64,000 bases of DNA, from the IMG/VR virus record IMGVR_UViG_3300000553_000005, positions 75,817 through 139,816 of that record; one strand, given 5' to 3'. Every line of letters begins with the position of its first letter. The stretch's first letter is position 1. The DNA is from a virus. Of this stretch, positions 30,648-40,859 are shown piece by piece. A program made the position numbers and the translations under genes. The notes below the pieces were generated by a model. It had not been told where the DNA came from and did no database searches. It saw nothing but the letters and a program-made list of their open reading frames with translations.

Positions 30648-31061
30648 ATGCAGATGATAATTGCCGTTGGACCATCAGGCTGTGGGAAATCTCACTTCTT
30701 TATTAATTACTTGAAGCCCCAAGGATTTATAGAGGCCAGTGCGGATCATTTCTTTGAAAAATCTGGAGCTTACCAATTTAATCCTCGTGAACTTGACAAA
30801 GCCCATGAATTTTCTCAGGAAGAAGCCCGAGAGGCCATATCTAAGGGTTTGAAAGTTTATATTTCAAACACCAACACCCGCGAATGGGAACGCAAGCCAT
30901 ATGTAGATTTGGCGAATAAGGTAGGTTACGAGGTTTGGTTGAAGGTGTTTGATGTGGATGCTGAAACTTGTGCCGCTCGTAATACCCATGGTGTTCCTCT
31001 GGAAGCCGTGAAGAAGATGAAGGAAAGGATTGACGTTCCGGCAGGTTTTTTCAAGGTGTAG
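30648..31061 (+). CDS. AAA_33 / polynucleotide kinase-like P-loop protein
   Basis: GPSGCGKS, SADHFF, SNTNT and RNTHGVP; AGGAG RBS. Confidence 0.85.
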   Translation: MQMIIAVGPSGCGKSHFFINYLKPQGFIEASADHFFEKSGAYQFNPRELDKAHEFSQEEAREAISKGLKVYISNTNTREWERKPYVDLANKVGYEVWLKVFDVDAETCAARNTHGVPLEAVKKMKERIDVPAGFFKV

Positions 31062-31063
31062 TA

Positions 31064-31426
31064 ATGACCAGAATTTTATTTGTAGATGATGAGGAAGTGC
31101 GTTTCACCCTCCTCAAAATGAGGGATTTCTTCCCCGAAGAGGCAGAAGTCTGTTCTGTCAATAATGCCATAGATGCCATCACGGCTGTCAGAGATGAGCT
31201 TTGGGACACCATTTTTCTGGACCATGACCTCAATACTTTTGTTGATGGTCAGGAGATTACCGGATTGGATGTCGCTAAATCCATTATTCAATTTGCCGTT
31301 GGTGCCCCCGATTGTATTATCCATAGTATGAATCAGTCGGCGGCGTGGCGAATGGAGAAAACTCTCCAAGAAGAAGGGTTTTTCACTCAAGTCATTCCTT
31401 TCCACAAACTTCCGGAAAGGATGTAA
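31064..31426 (+). CDS. Cyclic-phosphate-processing receiver domain protein
   Basis: LFVDDE.R, FLDHDL, TG.DV and IHSMN. Confidence 0.8.
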   Translation: MTRILFVDDEEVRFTLLKMRDFFPEEAEVCSVNNAIDAITAVRDELWDTIFLDHDLNTFVDGQEITGLDVAKSIIQFAVGAPDCIIHSMNQSAAWRMEKTLQEEGFFTQVIPFHKLPERM

Positions 31427-31525
31427 CCGGGTGTAGAAATGGGTAGGATTAATAGTATTAATTATAGGAGCCGTGTCTCTTTCAGGGATGTGGCTCCTTT
31501 TAAAAGACGAAAAAGGAGTCTAAAT

Positions 31526-31906
31526 ATGCCACTTGTTCTTAGCTATACGGATACCAGGGAGACAGATAATGAGATCCTATGTGAAATAACGACAATCGGG
31601 AATACTTCTGGATTACAATTTACATTTCCCGATAGAACTCAATTTTATCCTTATCCTTTATCTACTACATATCCAAGTGGGATTTTAAGTTTTGCTGTGA
31701 ATAAAATGGGGCAATTGAAAATGGATACGGTTTCTTTGGTCATTCCTCCCGAATGGTGCAACGATCATCTAACTGACGTTCTAGGCCATCTTTTTAGAGA
31801 AACTCATTGGGATTCTCATCCAACTCATGTAATCACACTTGTATGTGAACCTCCTGAATTATTTGATCTCATTAATAAATATTTTCAGGGAACTTGGCAT
31901 TTATAG
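31526..31906 (+). CDS. Hypothetical protein
   Basis: AAGGAG RBS before ATG at about 31526. Confidence 0.5.
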   Translation: MPLVLSYTDTRETDNEILCEITTIGNTSGLQFTFPDRTQFYPYPLSTTYPSGILSFAVNKMGQLKMDTVSLVIPPEWCNDHLTDVLGHLFRETHWDSHPTHVITLVCEPPELFDLINKYFQGTWHL

Positions 31907-31916
31907 GAGTTTATTA

Positions 31917-32549
31917 ATGAACTACTCCCCCTTTTACTCCCTTCTTCGTCAATTAAAGGAGGGAGATAAAAAATTTGATTCTAAGCAACTTAAGAAATTG
32001 GAATATGGTGATTTAGATTTAGCTGCGATGGGGAATGCCGGATCTTGCCGCTGTCCAGTCGAAATGGTCATTGAAGAGAAAAGAAAACGAAGAGTTAAAT
32101 ATGTTTCATCCAAATCGTTAAACCGAGAACTTCTGAATGAATTGGGTATGTTGGACGATGTGTTAGCTGATCGTATAAAACTTAGTGAATTTCCAACATG
32201 GGACAGTCTCTCTATTGTTGCAAAACTCTGGTTTAAACTTTCCTGCCTGGAAATGCACACAGATTATCCAGGCCCCCGTATTGAAGAAGTCATTTTTCTT
32301 TTCCAGGAATGTTTAAAAGAAGTTCATCCTCCATTACCTTTTCAGATCGCCAAAAATTTTCAAACTGAATTTCAATCCATTTATCTTCGATTAGGAAAGT
32401 TACCGGATGAAGTGATCAGAGATTGTTGTACCCAATGTGCCAATGTCATTTACGGTTTTATTGACGGTGACGAACTAGAAATTTGTGATAATATGGCATT
32501 GAAAGATTATTCTTGTAGTGGTGGGTGTTTCTTTCCGATTGGAGCTTAA
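31917..32549 (+). CDS. Hypothetical protein
   Basis: AGGAG RBS before ATG 31917. Confidence 0.55.
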   Translation: MNYSPFYSLLRQLKEGDKKFDSKQLKKLEYGDLDLAAMGNAGSCRCPVEMVIEEKRKRRVKYVSSKSLNRELLNELGMLDDVLADRIKLSEFPTWDSLSIVAKLWFKLSCLEMHTDYPGPRIEEVIFLFQECLKEVHPPLPFQIAKNFQTEFQSIYLRLGKLPDEVIRDCCTQCANVIYGFIDGDELEICDNMALKDYSCSGGCFFPIGA

Positions 32550-35141
32550 GTGGATTTGGCACAGTTGAAATCACATTTCCCTTTTCCTGAGATTCGACCA
32601 TCTCAGGAAAAAGCTCTGGAAAAATTTGTAGTGGATGAAGAGAAGGGTAAGAAGTTTTCTATTTTTGAACTACCTACTGGTATTGGAAAGTGTTTCGCAA
32701 AAGGCACTCCCATCCTTATGTTTGATGGGGTAATCAAACCTGTAGAAGAAATTAAGGAAGGAGAGCTTGTAATGGGGCCTGACTCCACTCCTCGTAAGGT
32801 GATCAGTTTATCTCAAGGCAGAGATGAATTATTTAGGGTGACTCCAGTGAAAGGCGACTCTTTTGTAGTCAATTCCTCCCACATTCTTTCTGTAAAAATG
32901 ACCGAAAACCATAAACAAATTATTAACCTAACTTTGTCGGATTATTTGGCTAGAAGCAACAATTTTAAGCATCATGCTAAACTTTATCGAACTGGCGTAG
33001 ATTTTGAGAGTGTATTAACACACGATTTAAAAGAACTTGCTTATTATATTGGATTATGGTTGGGGGATGGTTCTTCAAAAAGGTTGACTGAAGTTACTAC
33101 TGCGGATAAAGAAATTCAAACCTATTTAAGCAATCTAGCTTCAAATTTTGGCCTTAGTTTGACTGCATATAACAATGGATCTAAGGCTACTTCTTGGAAT
33201 ATAACTACACAGGCTATGGGAGGTAGAAAAGATAGAAATATTTTATTAAACGAATTAAAGAAACTAGATATTTCTTCTAACAAGTCCATCCCTTTGTCTT
33301 TCAAAACCGCATCTAGAATTTCCAGACTTAAGTTACTCGCAGGTTATTTAGATGCTGATGGGAGTTTAGCCTCTAATACATTTGAATTTTCATCAGTTAA
33401 TAAAAATTTAGCAGATGATATTTCATTTATAGCCCGTTCTCTTGGGTTCAGTGTGTATGTTAAACCTTGCCATAAAACTTGTCAAACAGGAAATGGGGGG
33501 GTTTACTATCGCGGGAATATAAGTGGGGATATCCATTTGATCCCAACTCTCCTCCCAAGAAAACAAGCAAAAATGAGACAGCAAAAAAAGAGTGTGCTTG
33601 TTACTGGTTTTAAAGTGGAACCTGTTGGACTAGGGGATTATTATGGTTTTGGTGTTGATGGGGACCACTTATTTCTTTTGGGGGATTTTACAGTAGTTCA
33701 CAATTCCGGTCTTTCTATTGCAGCTTTAGGGTGGGCTGCGGATTGTCCTGTTGAACCCCCCTTGAAACCTGGAGGAACGATCCTCACTTCTCAAAAGATT
33801 CTACAGGATCAATATGCGTCTGAATTTGGAAGTATTGGTCTAGCTGATCTTCGTGGTGCCTCTAACTACCGATGTGGGGAGCAGGAATCTAACTGTGAAA
33901 TCGGCAGTGTTATGAATAAACTGGCTGGAACTATCTGTGAACATTGCCCTTACAGAAGTGCCAAGGCAGCTTTTATGGCTTCTCCCAGGGGTATTACTAA
34001 TTTTGCCTATTATCTTACAGACTCAATGTTCAAGCGGCAACTACCGAAGCGTAAGCTCATAATTATTGATGAAGCGCATAATACTGAAAATGTTTTGATC
34101 GCTTTTTCTGAAATTGGTATTTCAGCTAATCGTCTAGAAGAATTTGATATTAAACTTCCCACTAAACCACTTACTACTATTCCTGAAACTAAATATTGGG
34201 TAGAGCATACAGTTATTCAAGCCGCTGACATTTATGGAATTAAGTTAAAGGAAGAAATCGCTGCGGCTCTACAAGGACATGGAAGTTTGATGGCTTTGCT
34301 TAAGAAGGAAATGAATCTCTCCTCTTTCAAGAGTAACCTTGGTAAATTTCTAGAATCAGAGTCAGAGATGTGGTTTATTCATCAGACTGACGGTTTGGGT
34401 ATCAAGCCGCTTCGTGGGGATGTTTTCTCTGAGGAACTTCTTTTTAGTCGGGCTGAAAAAATCATGTTCATGTCTGCTACCATTCTGGACCCTCGCACTT
34501 TTGTTCGCAATCTAGGAATTTCAGTCAAGGATTGTGGCTACATGAGTCTGCCTTCAGAATTTGCTCAAGATAACAGGAAAATCATTTTCACCCCCGCTGG
34601 CTCTATGTCTTACAAAAATTATGACACCACTCTACCCAAGCTCCTCAACAAGATTGAGCGTATTTTGGAGAAGCATAAGAATGAAAAGGGAATTATTCAT
34701 TGCCAATCGTTCAAGTTGATGAATCATATTCAACAGGGTTTAAGGAGAAGTCCTCATTACTCCAGATTGGTCGCACATGACTCCCAATCTCGCGCCTATG
34801 CAGTGGATAGGCACTTGACCTCAACAGAGCCTACGGTGCTTCTCAGCCCCTCTATGACCGAAGGTTTGGACCTTCGTGGGGATCTATCCAGGTTTCAGGT
34901 GGTAGCGAAAATGCCTTTCAATAACTTGGCAGACCCTTATGTAAAAAGAAGAATGGAGTTAGATAAAGCGTGGTATTCTTGGACAACAGCCCTTACTCTC
35001 ATTCAGGGTTTAGGTCGTTCCATCCGTTCTAAGGAAGACTATGCCAGGAGCTATATTATAGATCAGGATTTTAATATGTTTTTGAAAACCTGTAATGATA
35101 TACTACCTGAATGGTGGCTAGAGTCAATTGAATTTCGCTAA
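32550..35141 (+). CDS. DinG/XPD-family Fe-S helicase containing an intein
   Basis: Q motif RPSQ, PTGIGK/S, four Cys, DEAH, MSAT, EGLD, QGLGRSIR. Confidence 0.92.
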   Translation: MDLAQLKSHFPFPEIRPSQEKALEKFVVDEEKGKKFSIFELPTGIGKCFAKGTPILMFDGVIKPVEEIKEGELVMGPDSTPRKVISLSQGRDELFRVTPVKGDSFVVNSSHILSVKMTENHKQIINLTLSDYLARSNNFKHHAKLYRTGVDFESVLTHDLKELAYYIGLWLGDGSSKRLTEVTTADKEIQTYLSNLASNFGLSLTAYNNGSKATSWNITTQAMGGRKDRNILLNELKKLDISSNKSIPLSFKTASRISRLKLLAGYLDADGSLASNTFEFSSVNKNLADDISFIARSLGFSVYVKPCHKTCQTGNGGVYYRGNISGDIHLIPTLLPRKQAKMRQQKKSVLVTGFKVEPVGLGDYYGFGVDGDHLFLLGDFTVVHNSGLSIAALGWAADCPVEPPLKPGGTILTSQKILQDQYASEFGSIGLADLRGASNYRCGEQESNCEIGSVMNKLAGTICEHCPYRSAKAAFMASPRGITNFAYYLTDSMFKRQLPKRKLIIIDEAHNTENVLIAFSEIGISANRLEEFDIKLPTKPLTTIPETKYWVEHTVIQAADIYGIKLKEEIAAALQGHGSLMALLKKEMNLSSFKSNLGKFLESESEMWFIHQTDGLGIKPLRGDVFSEELLFSRAEKIMFMSATILDPRTFVRNLGISVKDCGYMSLPSEFAQDNRKIIFTPAGSMSYKNYDTTLPKLLNKIERILEKHKNEKGIIHCQSFKLMNHIQQGLRRSPHYSRLVAHDSQSRAYAVDRHLTSTEPTVLLSPSMTEGLDLRGDLSRFQVVAKMPFNNLADPYVKRRMELDKAWYSWTTALTLIQGLGRSIRSKEDYARSYIIDQDFNMFLKTCNDILPEWWLESIEFR
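32691..33704 (+). mobile_element. Intein (338 aa) with LAGLIDADG endonuclease, inserted in Walker A
   Basis: CFAKGT...VVHN followed by Ser; IGLWLGDG and LAGYLDADG. Confidence 0.93.
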
Positions 35142-35153
35142 AGGAGTAATATA

Positions 35154-35420
35154 ATGGATGTAATTTTAATTGAAGATTATAAATTGGATAATATTCCAGA
35201 AAATTCTGTTATCCTGGATGTAATTCAAGATGGACGATTTTATATCGGAATGTGGTGTAAGGGGAACGGTTCTTATAAGGTTGCAGTTCCAGTTAGTCTA
35301 TGTCAAGAAATCATTGTTCCTCGACTCTCCTTCTCCCTTGAGAAATTTCTAGAATCCTATACCTCTGATGCTTTTGCGGATATGGATAAGATTTCAAAAA
35401 GAATGGACGAAGGGGAGTAA
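35154..35420 (+). CDS. Hypothetical protein
   Basis: AAGGAG RBS. Confidence 0.55.
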   Translation: MDVILIEDYKLDNIPENSVILDVIQDGRFYIGMWCKGNGSYKVAVPVSLCQEIIVPRLSFSLEKFLESYTSDAFADMDKISKRMDEGE

Positions 35421-35451
35421 ACTCAAGTATTAACATCTAAGAGGACTTGTA

Positions 35452-36909
35452 GTGAGCAATTTCGATAGACTGTTTTTCAATCTTATTCGACAGGGAGACA
35501 CACCGGGAGAGATCAAACGCTCCACCGATGCTTGTACTTGGTTTGTCGAAAATATGACAACAGTACGTAGAGTGAGTTCTCCCACCGATCTTGAGCTTTA
35601 TGGTTATATTTATACCTATTGGTCGGATCACCGTAAGGCTCCGAGTCTCACTATTCTCAAAGAAATTATTGAAAAGAAAGCTACTTCTCCAGGGGTTTCT
35701 GAGCAATTTACTCAATTTGAAGAAAATGAAGATCTAACAATTTACAGTGTGGAGGATCTTCCCCAAGTTTTAGCTGATTTGGTAAAAGAGTTTGAAACAG
35801 AACGTCTAAATGACATTCTGAAGGTAGCGAGAGGTATCAATACTACCCAATTTACAGATCCAAAAACCAAAGAAATATTAAGTGGCCCAACCGATGCCAT
35901 TAAATATTTCTTTAGAACTATGGAGCATGGAGGGATTCAAACCAATCGTCTGAATTCCTCAGGGTCATTGAATGAAGATGCTGGTGATATTGAAGAAATT
36001 TATTTGAAATCAAAGGCTGATCACTTAGCGGGAAGACTTCGGTTCTTTACAAAAATTAAAGGCATTGATGACAATCTAACCATTAAGAGGGGGGATTTCG
36101 TTGGTATTTTAGGCTACACTGGCAATTGTAAATCCACCCTCTGCCGCTCTATTTGTTATAATGCTGCACTCCAGGGGTTCAACGTTCTTCATGTGACTCT
36201 GGAACAAACGTATGATGAGGAAATGACTATTTATGCTCTCATGCATTCGGCTCATCCCAAATTTGGTAGGACTACTGCCATTTGTAAAAAAGAATTTGAT
36301 GAGGGTCGATTGACAGAAGAAGATGAGCATTTTCTTTTTAAGGTGGTTCTTCCTGATCTTAATAAACTCCCCGGTAAACTCATTATTCGTCAGCCGCAAG
36401 AAAGTTCAAGTTGGGGAGCTATCAAGACGATTGCAGAAATTACGCATCAAGTCACTCCTGGGGGATTAGATTTGTTCTTTCTAGATTATCTGGCTCTTTG
36501 CCAAACCTCTTCTAAAAATGTTAAAGAAGAGATCGAAGCCAACATTAAAGATATGAAACAATTCGCCCTTCACTTTAATGATAATAAGGGAATTGTGGCG
36601 ATGACCCCAGTACAAGGTAAGCGAGAGGGGTGGACCGATGCTGGAGAAAACGATGGAAAATGGGAAGCTACAGGGGTCTACATGTATTCGGAATTTGAAC
36701 GTTCTTTAGATAGTTTGATTTCAGTCTATTTGGGTGAGATTGTCCCTAAGAATCAGCTTATTATTTCTTCAGCCAAGCTCAGACGTTCCGGCGGTATTCC
36801 CCCATTTTTTGCCGGGGTTAATTTCGATGTCGGATTGGTGACCAATCTAGTTAATATTAATGTAAAGGATGAGGAAGTATTCAAGAAACTTGTGGAAGAT
36901 GCATTCTGA
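35452..36909 (+). CDS. dnaB: DnaB-like replicative helicase
   Basis: GYTGNCKS, TLEQ, FLDYL, PVQ, EFERSLD and KLR. Confidence 0.8.
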   Translation: MSNFDRLFFNLIRQGDTPGEIKRSTDACTWFVENMTTVRRVSSPTDLELYGYIYTYWSDHRKAPSLTILKEIIEKKATSPGVSEQFTQFEENEDLTIYSVEDLPQVLADLVKEFETERLNDILKVARGINTTQFTDPKTKEILSGPTDAIKYFFRTMEHGGIQTNRLNSSGSLNEDAGDIEEIYLKSKADHLAGRLRFFTKIKGIDDNLTIKRGDFVGILGYTGNCKSTLCRSICYNAALQGFNVLHVTLEQTYDEEMTIYALMHSAHPKFGRTTAICKKEFDEGRLTEEDEHFLFKVVLPDLNKLPGKLIIRQPQESSSWGAIKTIAEITHQVTPGGLDLFFLDYLALCQTSSKNVKEEIEANIKDMKQFALHFNDNKGIVAMTPVQGKREGWTDAGENDGKWEATGVYMYSEFERSLDSLISVYLGEIVPKNQLIISSAKLRRSGGIPPFFAGVNFDVGLVTNLVNINVKDEEVFKKLVEDAF

Positions 36910-37205
36910 TGTTGAATGAACGTGATGCCTTCTACCTATTTTCCACACTGGAGCTTTTTATCCCATTAGATGCTCCAGCAAAGGTTTCTCTTCGTAGCAA
37001 TATGAGAGGTAAAAAATGTTTTAGATATGAGGCATATACTAATGGAAGACAATGGACAGTGGACTTTTATAATTTAACATTTTTATACTGTCTGGTTCCA
37101 CCATATTCACATCAAGTAAATAATTCAGTATTATCACTTATATCGTATCTCTATAAGAGTCTGGGGTTAAATTATGAGCAACTTGCTAAAACTAAACGCA
37201 TTTGA
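36909..37205 (+). CDS. Hypothetical protein
   Basis: Translationally coupled ORF. Confidence 0.45.
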   Translation: MLNERDAFYLFSTLELFIPLDAPAKVSLRSNMRGKKCFRYEAYTNGRQWTVDFYNLTFLYCLVPPYSHQVNNSVLSLISYLYKSLGLNYEQLAKTKRI

Positions 37206-37914
37206 AGATTTGCAGAAAATTCTCATTCGTCAACGAGAATGCTCTGATAAGGCGCGAAGAGAATTAAACCGTGTAACTGATTCAACTATTATATTGTATG
37301 CTCCGGATGGGTCATTTGCTGAAACTACCACAAAAGAAATTACTAGAAAAGTGGTTAATCTTCTCACAGCCTATGCAACCCTACCGACCCTATCCGAATT
37401 TTCAGAAAAACCTTCTCTTTTAAAATCTGCGGCCTGGGGTGGTTCATTTGGAGTCGCCACTGTAGTAGGGACAGTAATTCTGAAAAGTCTTGCCGAATTT
37501 TCTCAATTTCCCCCCAGCGTGGTTAAGCCCGTATTCATTAAAGTTCTTGGAGAATTACATGATGTGGCGAATGGGGCTGGTAATGAAATATCAATTATGG
37601 AACGAGTTATGGAGAATCTAAATTTCTCTATTAAAGATGCTCAAGGTAACGAGATTCTAGGAGACAAACGAGAGAGGATAATTAGAGGAAAGGTTTCGCT
37701 TCTCTTAGAATTAATGGCAAAATTGATGAGCGATTATCAGATGATTGAAACAGAGATTGATAATGGAGAGGATGCTAGTGCTATCACAAATCTTGGGAGT
37801 CGCGTTTATTTTCATCTGAGGGATATTGAACTATATATATTAGAGATTGAAGTTTCCTATAAAGAATTATCCGAGAAGAAAAAAGCAGAACCTCTAATTA
37901 CCAGTATTAAGTAA
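37174..37914 (+). CDS. Hypothetical protein
   Basis: 246-aa ORF. Confidence 0.6.
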   Translation: MSNLLKLNAFEDLQKILIRQRECSDKARRELNRVTDSTIILYAPDGSFAETTTKEITRKVVNLLTAYATLPTLSEFSEKPSLLKSAAWGGSFGVATVVGTVILKSLAEFSQFPPSVVKPVFIKVLGELHDVANGAGNEISIMERVMENLNFSIKDAQGNEILGDKRERIIRGKVSLLLELMAKLMSDYQMIETEIDNGEDASAITNLGSRVYFHLRDIELYILEIEVSYKELSEKKKAEPLITSIK

Positions 37915-37934
37915 TAGAGAGTAAAGGAGATTGA

Positions 37935-38816
37935 ATGTTTCGATCAACAAAGGTAGCGGCAATTTTTGATTTTGATAAAACCCTATCACCTCAATATATG
38001 CAGAAAGTTATCTTTGATGCCTATCAAGTAGATGAAGATTCATTCTGGGTTGATTGCCGTAAACGCTCAAAAGAAAATGAAATGTTATTTGGTGGCACTC
38101 ACCATGAAGTAGATTATATGGCTACTATGCTTTCCTATGTTAAAAATGGCAAATTTTTGGGTTTGACTAATGAGAAGTTAAAAAGTTTGGGAGAAACCAT
38201 TCCACTCTATCCAGGTGTAGCTTGGATGTTTAATGAGATTTGGAAAACCGGAGCAGAAATTTATATTATCTCTTCTGGTATTAAAACTATGTTGGGAACT
38301 CTGGAAGGGCGTATTCAAAGGGAAATAAATAATGCAGATTTCCGCATTTCTGGAATTTATGGTGGAGATTTCAGAGAAGATGAGAATGGCCTCTGTAGTA
38401 TTGCCAACTGTATTAGTGCTATGGATAAGACTCGCTTCATTTACGAGATCAGTAAAGGCTGCAATATTTATAATTTTGATGTAACCACTTCTGTCCCTAT
38501 CGGTGGAAGGCGTGTTCCCTTAGAAAACATTATCTATGTCGGAGATGGTCCCTCAGACGTTTGGGTATGGAACCTTATTAAAGACTCTGGAGGATATACT
38601 ATGGGAGTTTTTAATCCAGAATTCCCCTCTCAATTTGAATTGGTAGAAAATATCCGCAAGGGTAACAGGCTAGATACAGTAGCCGTAGCCGATTATCGTG
38701 AAGGATCGACAGCCGCTTCCTGGATTCTTGGTAAAATCAAAGAAATGATAAAATTAAGTTCAGAAGAATATATGATTAAACAAAGGGTTACAACCATTAA
38801 ACGCCCTGGATACTGA
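37935..38816 (+). CDS. HAD-superfamily hydrolase
   Basis: FDFDKTL, ISSG, K and YVGDGPSD. Confidence 0.9.
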   Translation: MFRSTKVAAIFDFDKTLSPQYMQKVIFDAYQVDEDSFWVDCRKRSKENEMLFGGTHHEVDYMATMLSYVKNGKFLGLTNEKLKSLGETIPLYPGVAWMFNEIWKTGAEIYIISSGIKTMLGTLEGRIQREINNADFRISGIYGGDFREDENGLCSIANCISAMDKTRFIYEISKGCNIYNFDVTTSVPIGGRRVPLENIIYVGDGPSDVWVWNLIKDSGGYTMGVFNPEFPSQFELVENIRKGNRLDTVAVADYREGSTAASWILGKIKEMIKLSSEEYMIKQRVTTIKRPGY

Positions 38817-38839
38817 GTAATAACATTCATAGGAGGCCA

Positions 38840-39073
38840 ATGATGGCACTTTCAAAGCACCGTAAGACCCACTCTGCAAAGGTGGCTGAACGTTACAAGG
38901 AACTGGTGGAGATGCGCCTAGCCGCTGGAATGACCAGTAATGGGAACAGTCCTAAATCTAAGAACAAGGTTAAGAATACCCCTATCCGAAATCCCAATCG
39001 TGTGAATATGACTAAAGGACAGAAGAGAGTAGCTAAGGCTATTCGCCATATGGCTAAGGCCAACGAGATTTAA
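38840..39073 (+). CDS. Small basic protein
   Basis: AGGAGG RBS; K/R-rich. Confidence 0.6.
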   Translation: MMALSKHRKTHSAKVAERYKELVEMRLAAGMTSNGNSPKSKNKVKNTPIRNPNRVNMTKGQKRVAKAIRHMAKANEI

Positions 39074-39075
39074 TA

Positions 39076-39768
39076 GTGAAACGAATTCCCTTCGCCGTTG
39101 CTCTTCTCTTAGAAAAGAGAAAGCCTAAAGGCACCAATATTGTTATTGGGAGCGATAGCGTAGTTATTAAGGCTTTGGAGAAGAAATTTCAGACTGCTAT
39201 AGCACCTTTTGACAAAGACAATCCAACTTTGTTTTCTTATTTGGAATCTGAGTTGGATGTCCCTGCTGCATTAAGGGACAGTGTTTCCATTTGGTTGAAT
39301 CCACCATTATCTAAAAATCCAGATGTTCTACGTTACTTAGTATCCTCTCTTCATCCAGAATTTAAAAAAGAACAATGTGATAGTTTTGTTAAATGTTTAA
39401 GCTATGATTCTAATGGGTTTCGTAATTTTAATACCTTATATTGGGTAATTCTTTCAGGTAGATATGAAGAAATTCCTTGGGTAAAAGATCCTTGGGAAAA
39501 TCCTAATAACTGGCTTGGGCAAATGAACATAGGTTTAAGACTGAATTGGTTGCATACTAATGTTGTTGGTTACGTTTATGCCAAGGATGATAACAAGCAG
39601 GGATTAGAGAAATTAGGTATATCTTTTAAAAAGGCTAATCACTTAAAAGGTCTAAATCTCAGTAATAATAAAATGTTCCGTACTTTATTGGAATTGTCCA
39701 AATGGCGCAGCAACCGTCAAAATGAGTTGCAAACAGCATTGCTTATTACAAACATATGGGAGTCATAA
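39076..39768 (+). CDS. Hypothetical protein
   Basis: 230-aa ORF in operon. Confidence 0.6.
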   Translation: MKRIPFAVALLLEKRKPKGTNIVIGSDSVVIKALEKKFQTAIAPFDKDNPTLFSYLESELDVPAALRDSVSIWLNPPLSKNPDVLRYLVSSLHPEFKKEQCDSFVKCLSYDSNGFRNFNTLYWVILSGRYEEIPWVKDPWENPNNWLGQMNIGLRLNWLHTNVVGYVYAKDDNKQGLEKLGISFKKANHLKGLNLSNNKMFRTLLELSKWRSNRQNELQTALLITNIWES

Positions 39769-40491
39769 ATGGTAAAAACTAATATTAAACGTCTAACAGA
39801 TGGAGCAGAGCCTACAATTAAGACCAGTCCTTTTGTAGAAAATATTTTGGGAGATGTCCAGGAAGAGCCAGCGGCCATCCCTTCTGGTATAGGAAAAGGT
39901 CGAGGGGGAAAGATGCCAGTCAGAAATAAGAAGGTTAAGGTGGTTGAAACTCCTATTGAGATTCAAGGTTCTCATGGAGAACCTTTTGGAGAACCCATCC
40001 TACCTGCAACAGTACAAGGTCCACCACCCCCTCAAACTATAGTCGGAGGTAACGGTCCTTCTGCTCCTCCGATGACTACTCCCCCTACTTTAGTCACTCC
40101 TTCCTCCTCCTCTGTCTCTAAAGTAACAATTCCCAAGATTGATGTATCTTCTAAAGTCTATCCCTGCCCTCTTTTTGCTTCCAGTAGAATTTCAAAGATG
40201 CAGACTATTAAGTTAGGAAATGCTGTAGGAGATGTTAGTGCTGCGTGGGGTTCTCGTTTTGACCCTAAACAGTGTAGCATTTTCCTTCACAGAGTATCTG
40301 TTACTAGTAATCCTACAGGTCATCTTTCCGCTCCAATTTTTGAGAGTTCTGGACCTCAAAATGTGAAATTTCGTATCATTCGTGATAATAATTTAACTCC
40401 TCTTCCGGAAGGGAGTATTTATCTTGGATCATACTCTGATGTTCATGTGGGGCCAGCCATGCAAACCCTTCATGTATTTTTACTTCCATGA
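39769..40491 (+). CDS. Hypothetical protein with Pro-rich linker
   Basis: 240-aa ORF. Confidence 0.6.
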   Translation: MVKTNIKRLTDGAEPTIKTSPFVENILGDVQEEPAAIPSGIGKGRGGKMPVRNKKVKVVETPIEIQGSHGEPFGEPILPATVQGPPPPQTIVGGNGPSAPPMTTPPTLVTPSSSSVSKVTIPKIDVSSKVYPCPLFASSRISKMQTIKLGNAVGDVSAAWGSRFDPKQCSIFLHRVSVTSNPTGHLSAPIFESSGPQNVKFRIIRDNNLTPLPEGSIYLGSYSDVHVGPAMQTLHVFLLP

Positions 40492-40700
40492 AAGGGCACA
40501 ACATGCAGCAAGAACGACCCGTAGACATCACCAAGATCCTTCAAGAAATTCAAGGACCAAGCAACGAAGAAAAAACTTTCCGTAAAGAAAATTTAGAAAA
40601 AGCTGATGAAAAATATTTTGACGAGCAGAATAAAAAGAAATACCCAGCTATTTCCTCTTTAACTGAAGGAGTAGTCAGTAAGAAGAAAAAGAAGAAGTAA
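40488..40700 (+). CDS. Small charged protein
   Basis: Overlapping start; poly-K tail. Confidence 0.45.
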   Translation: MKGHNMQQERPVDITKILQEIQGPSNEEKTFRKENLEKADEKYFDEQNKKKYPAISSLTEGVVSKKKKKK

Positions 40701-40859
40701 AATGTGGCGATTCTGCTTAAAGGTGTTGAACCCATTCATCTTCATTTTTAATATTGCTAGGTATCTAGGTTATGTTCAACAATATAGATATCGTGATCCA
40801 GAAGATTGGCCTCCTTATTATACTAAGGATGATGTGAAATATTTTTAAAGGAGTGAAGT

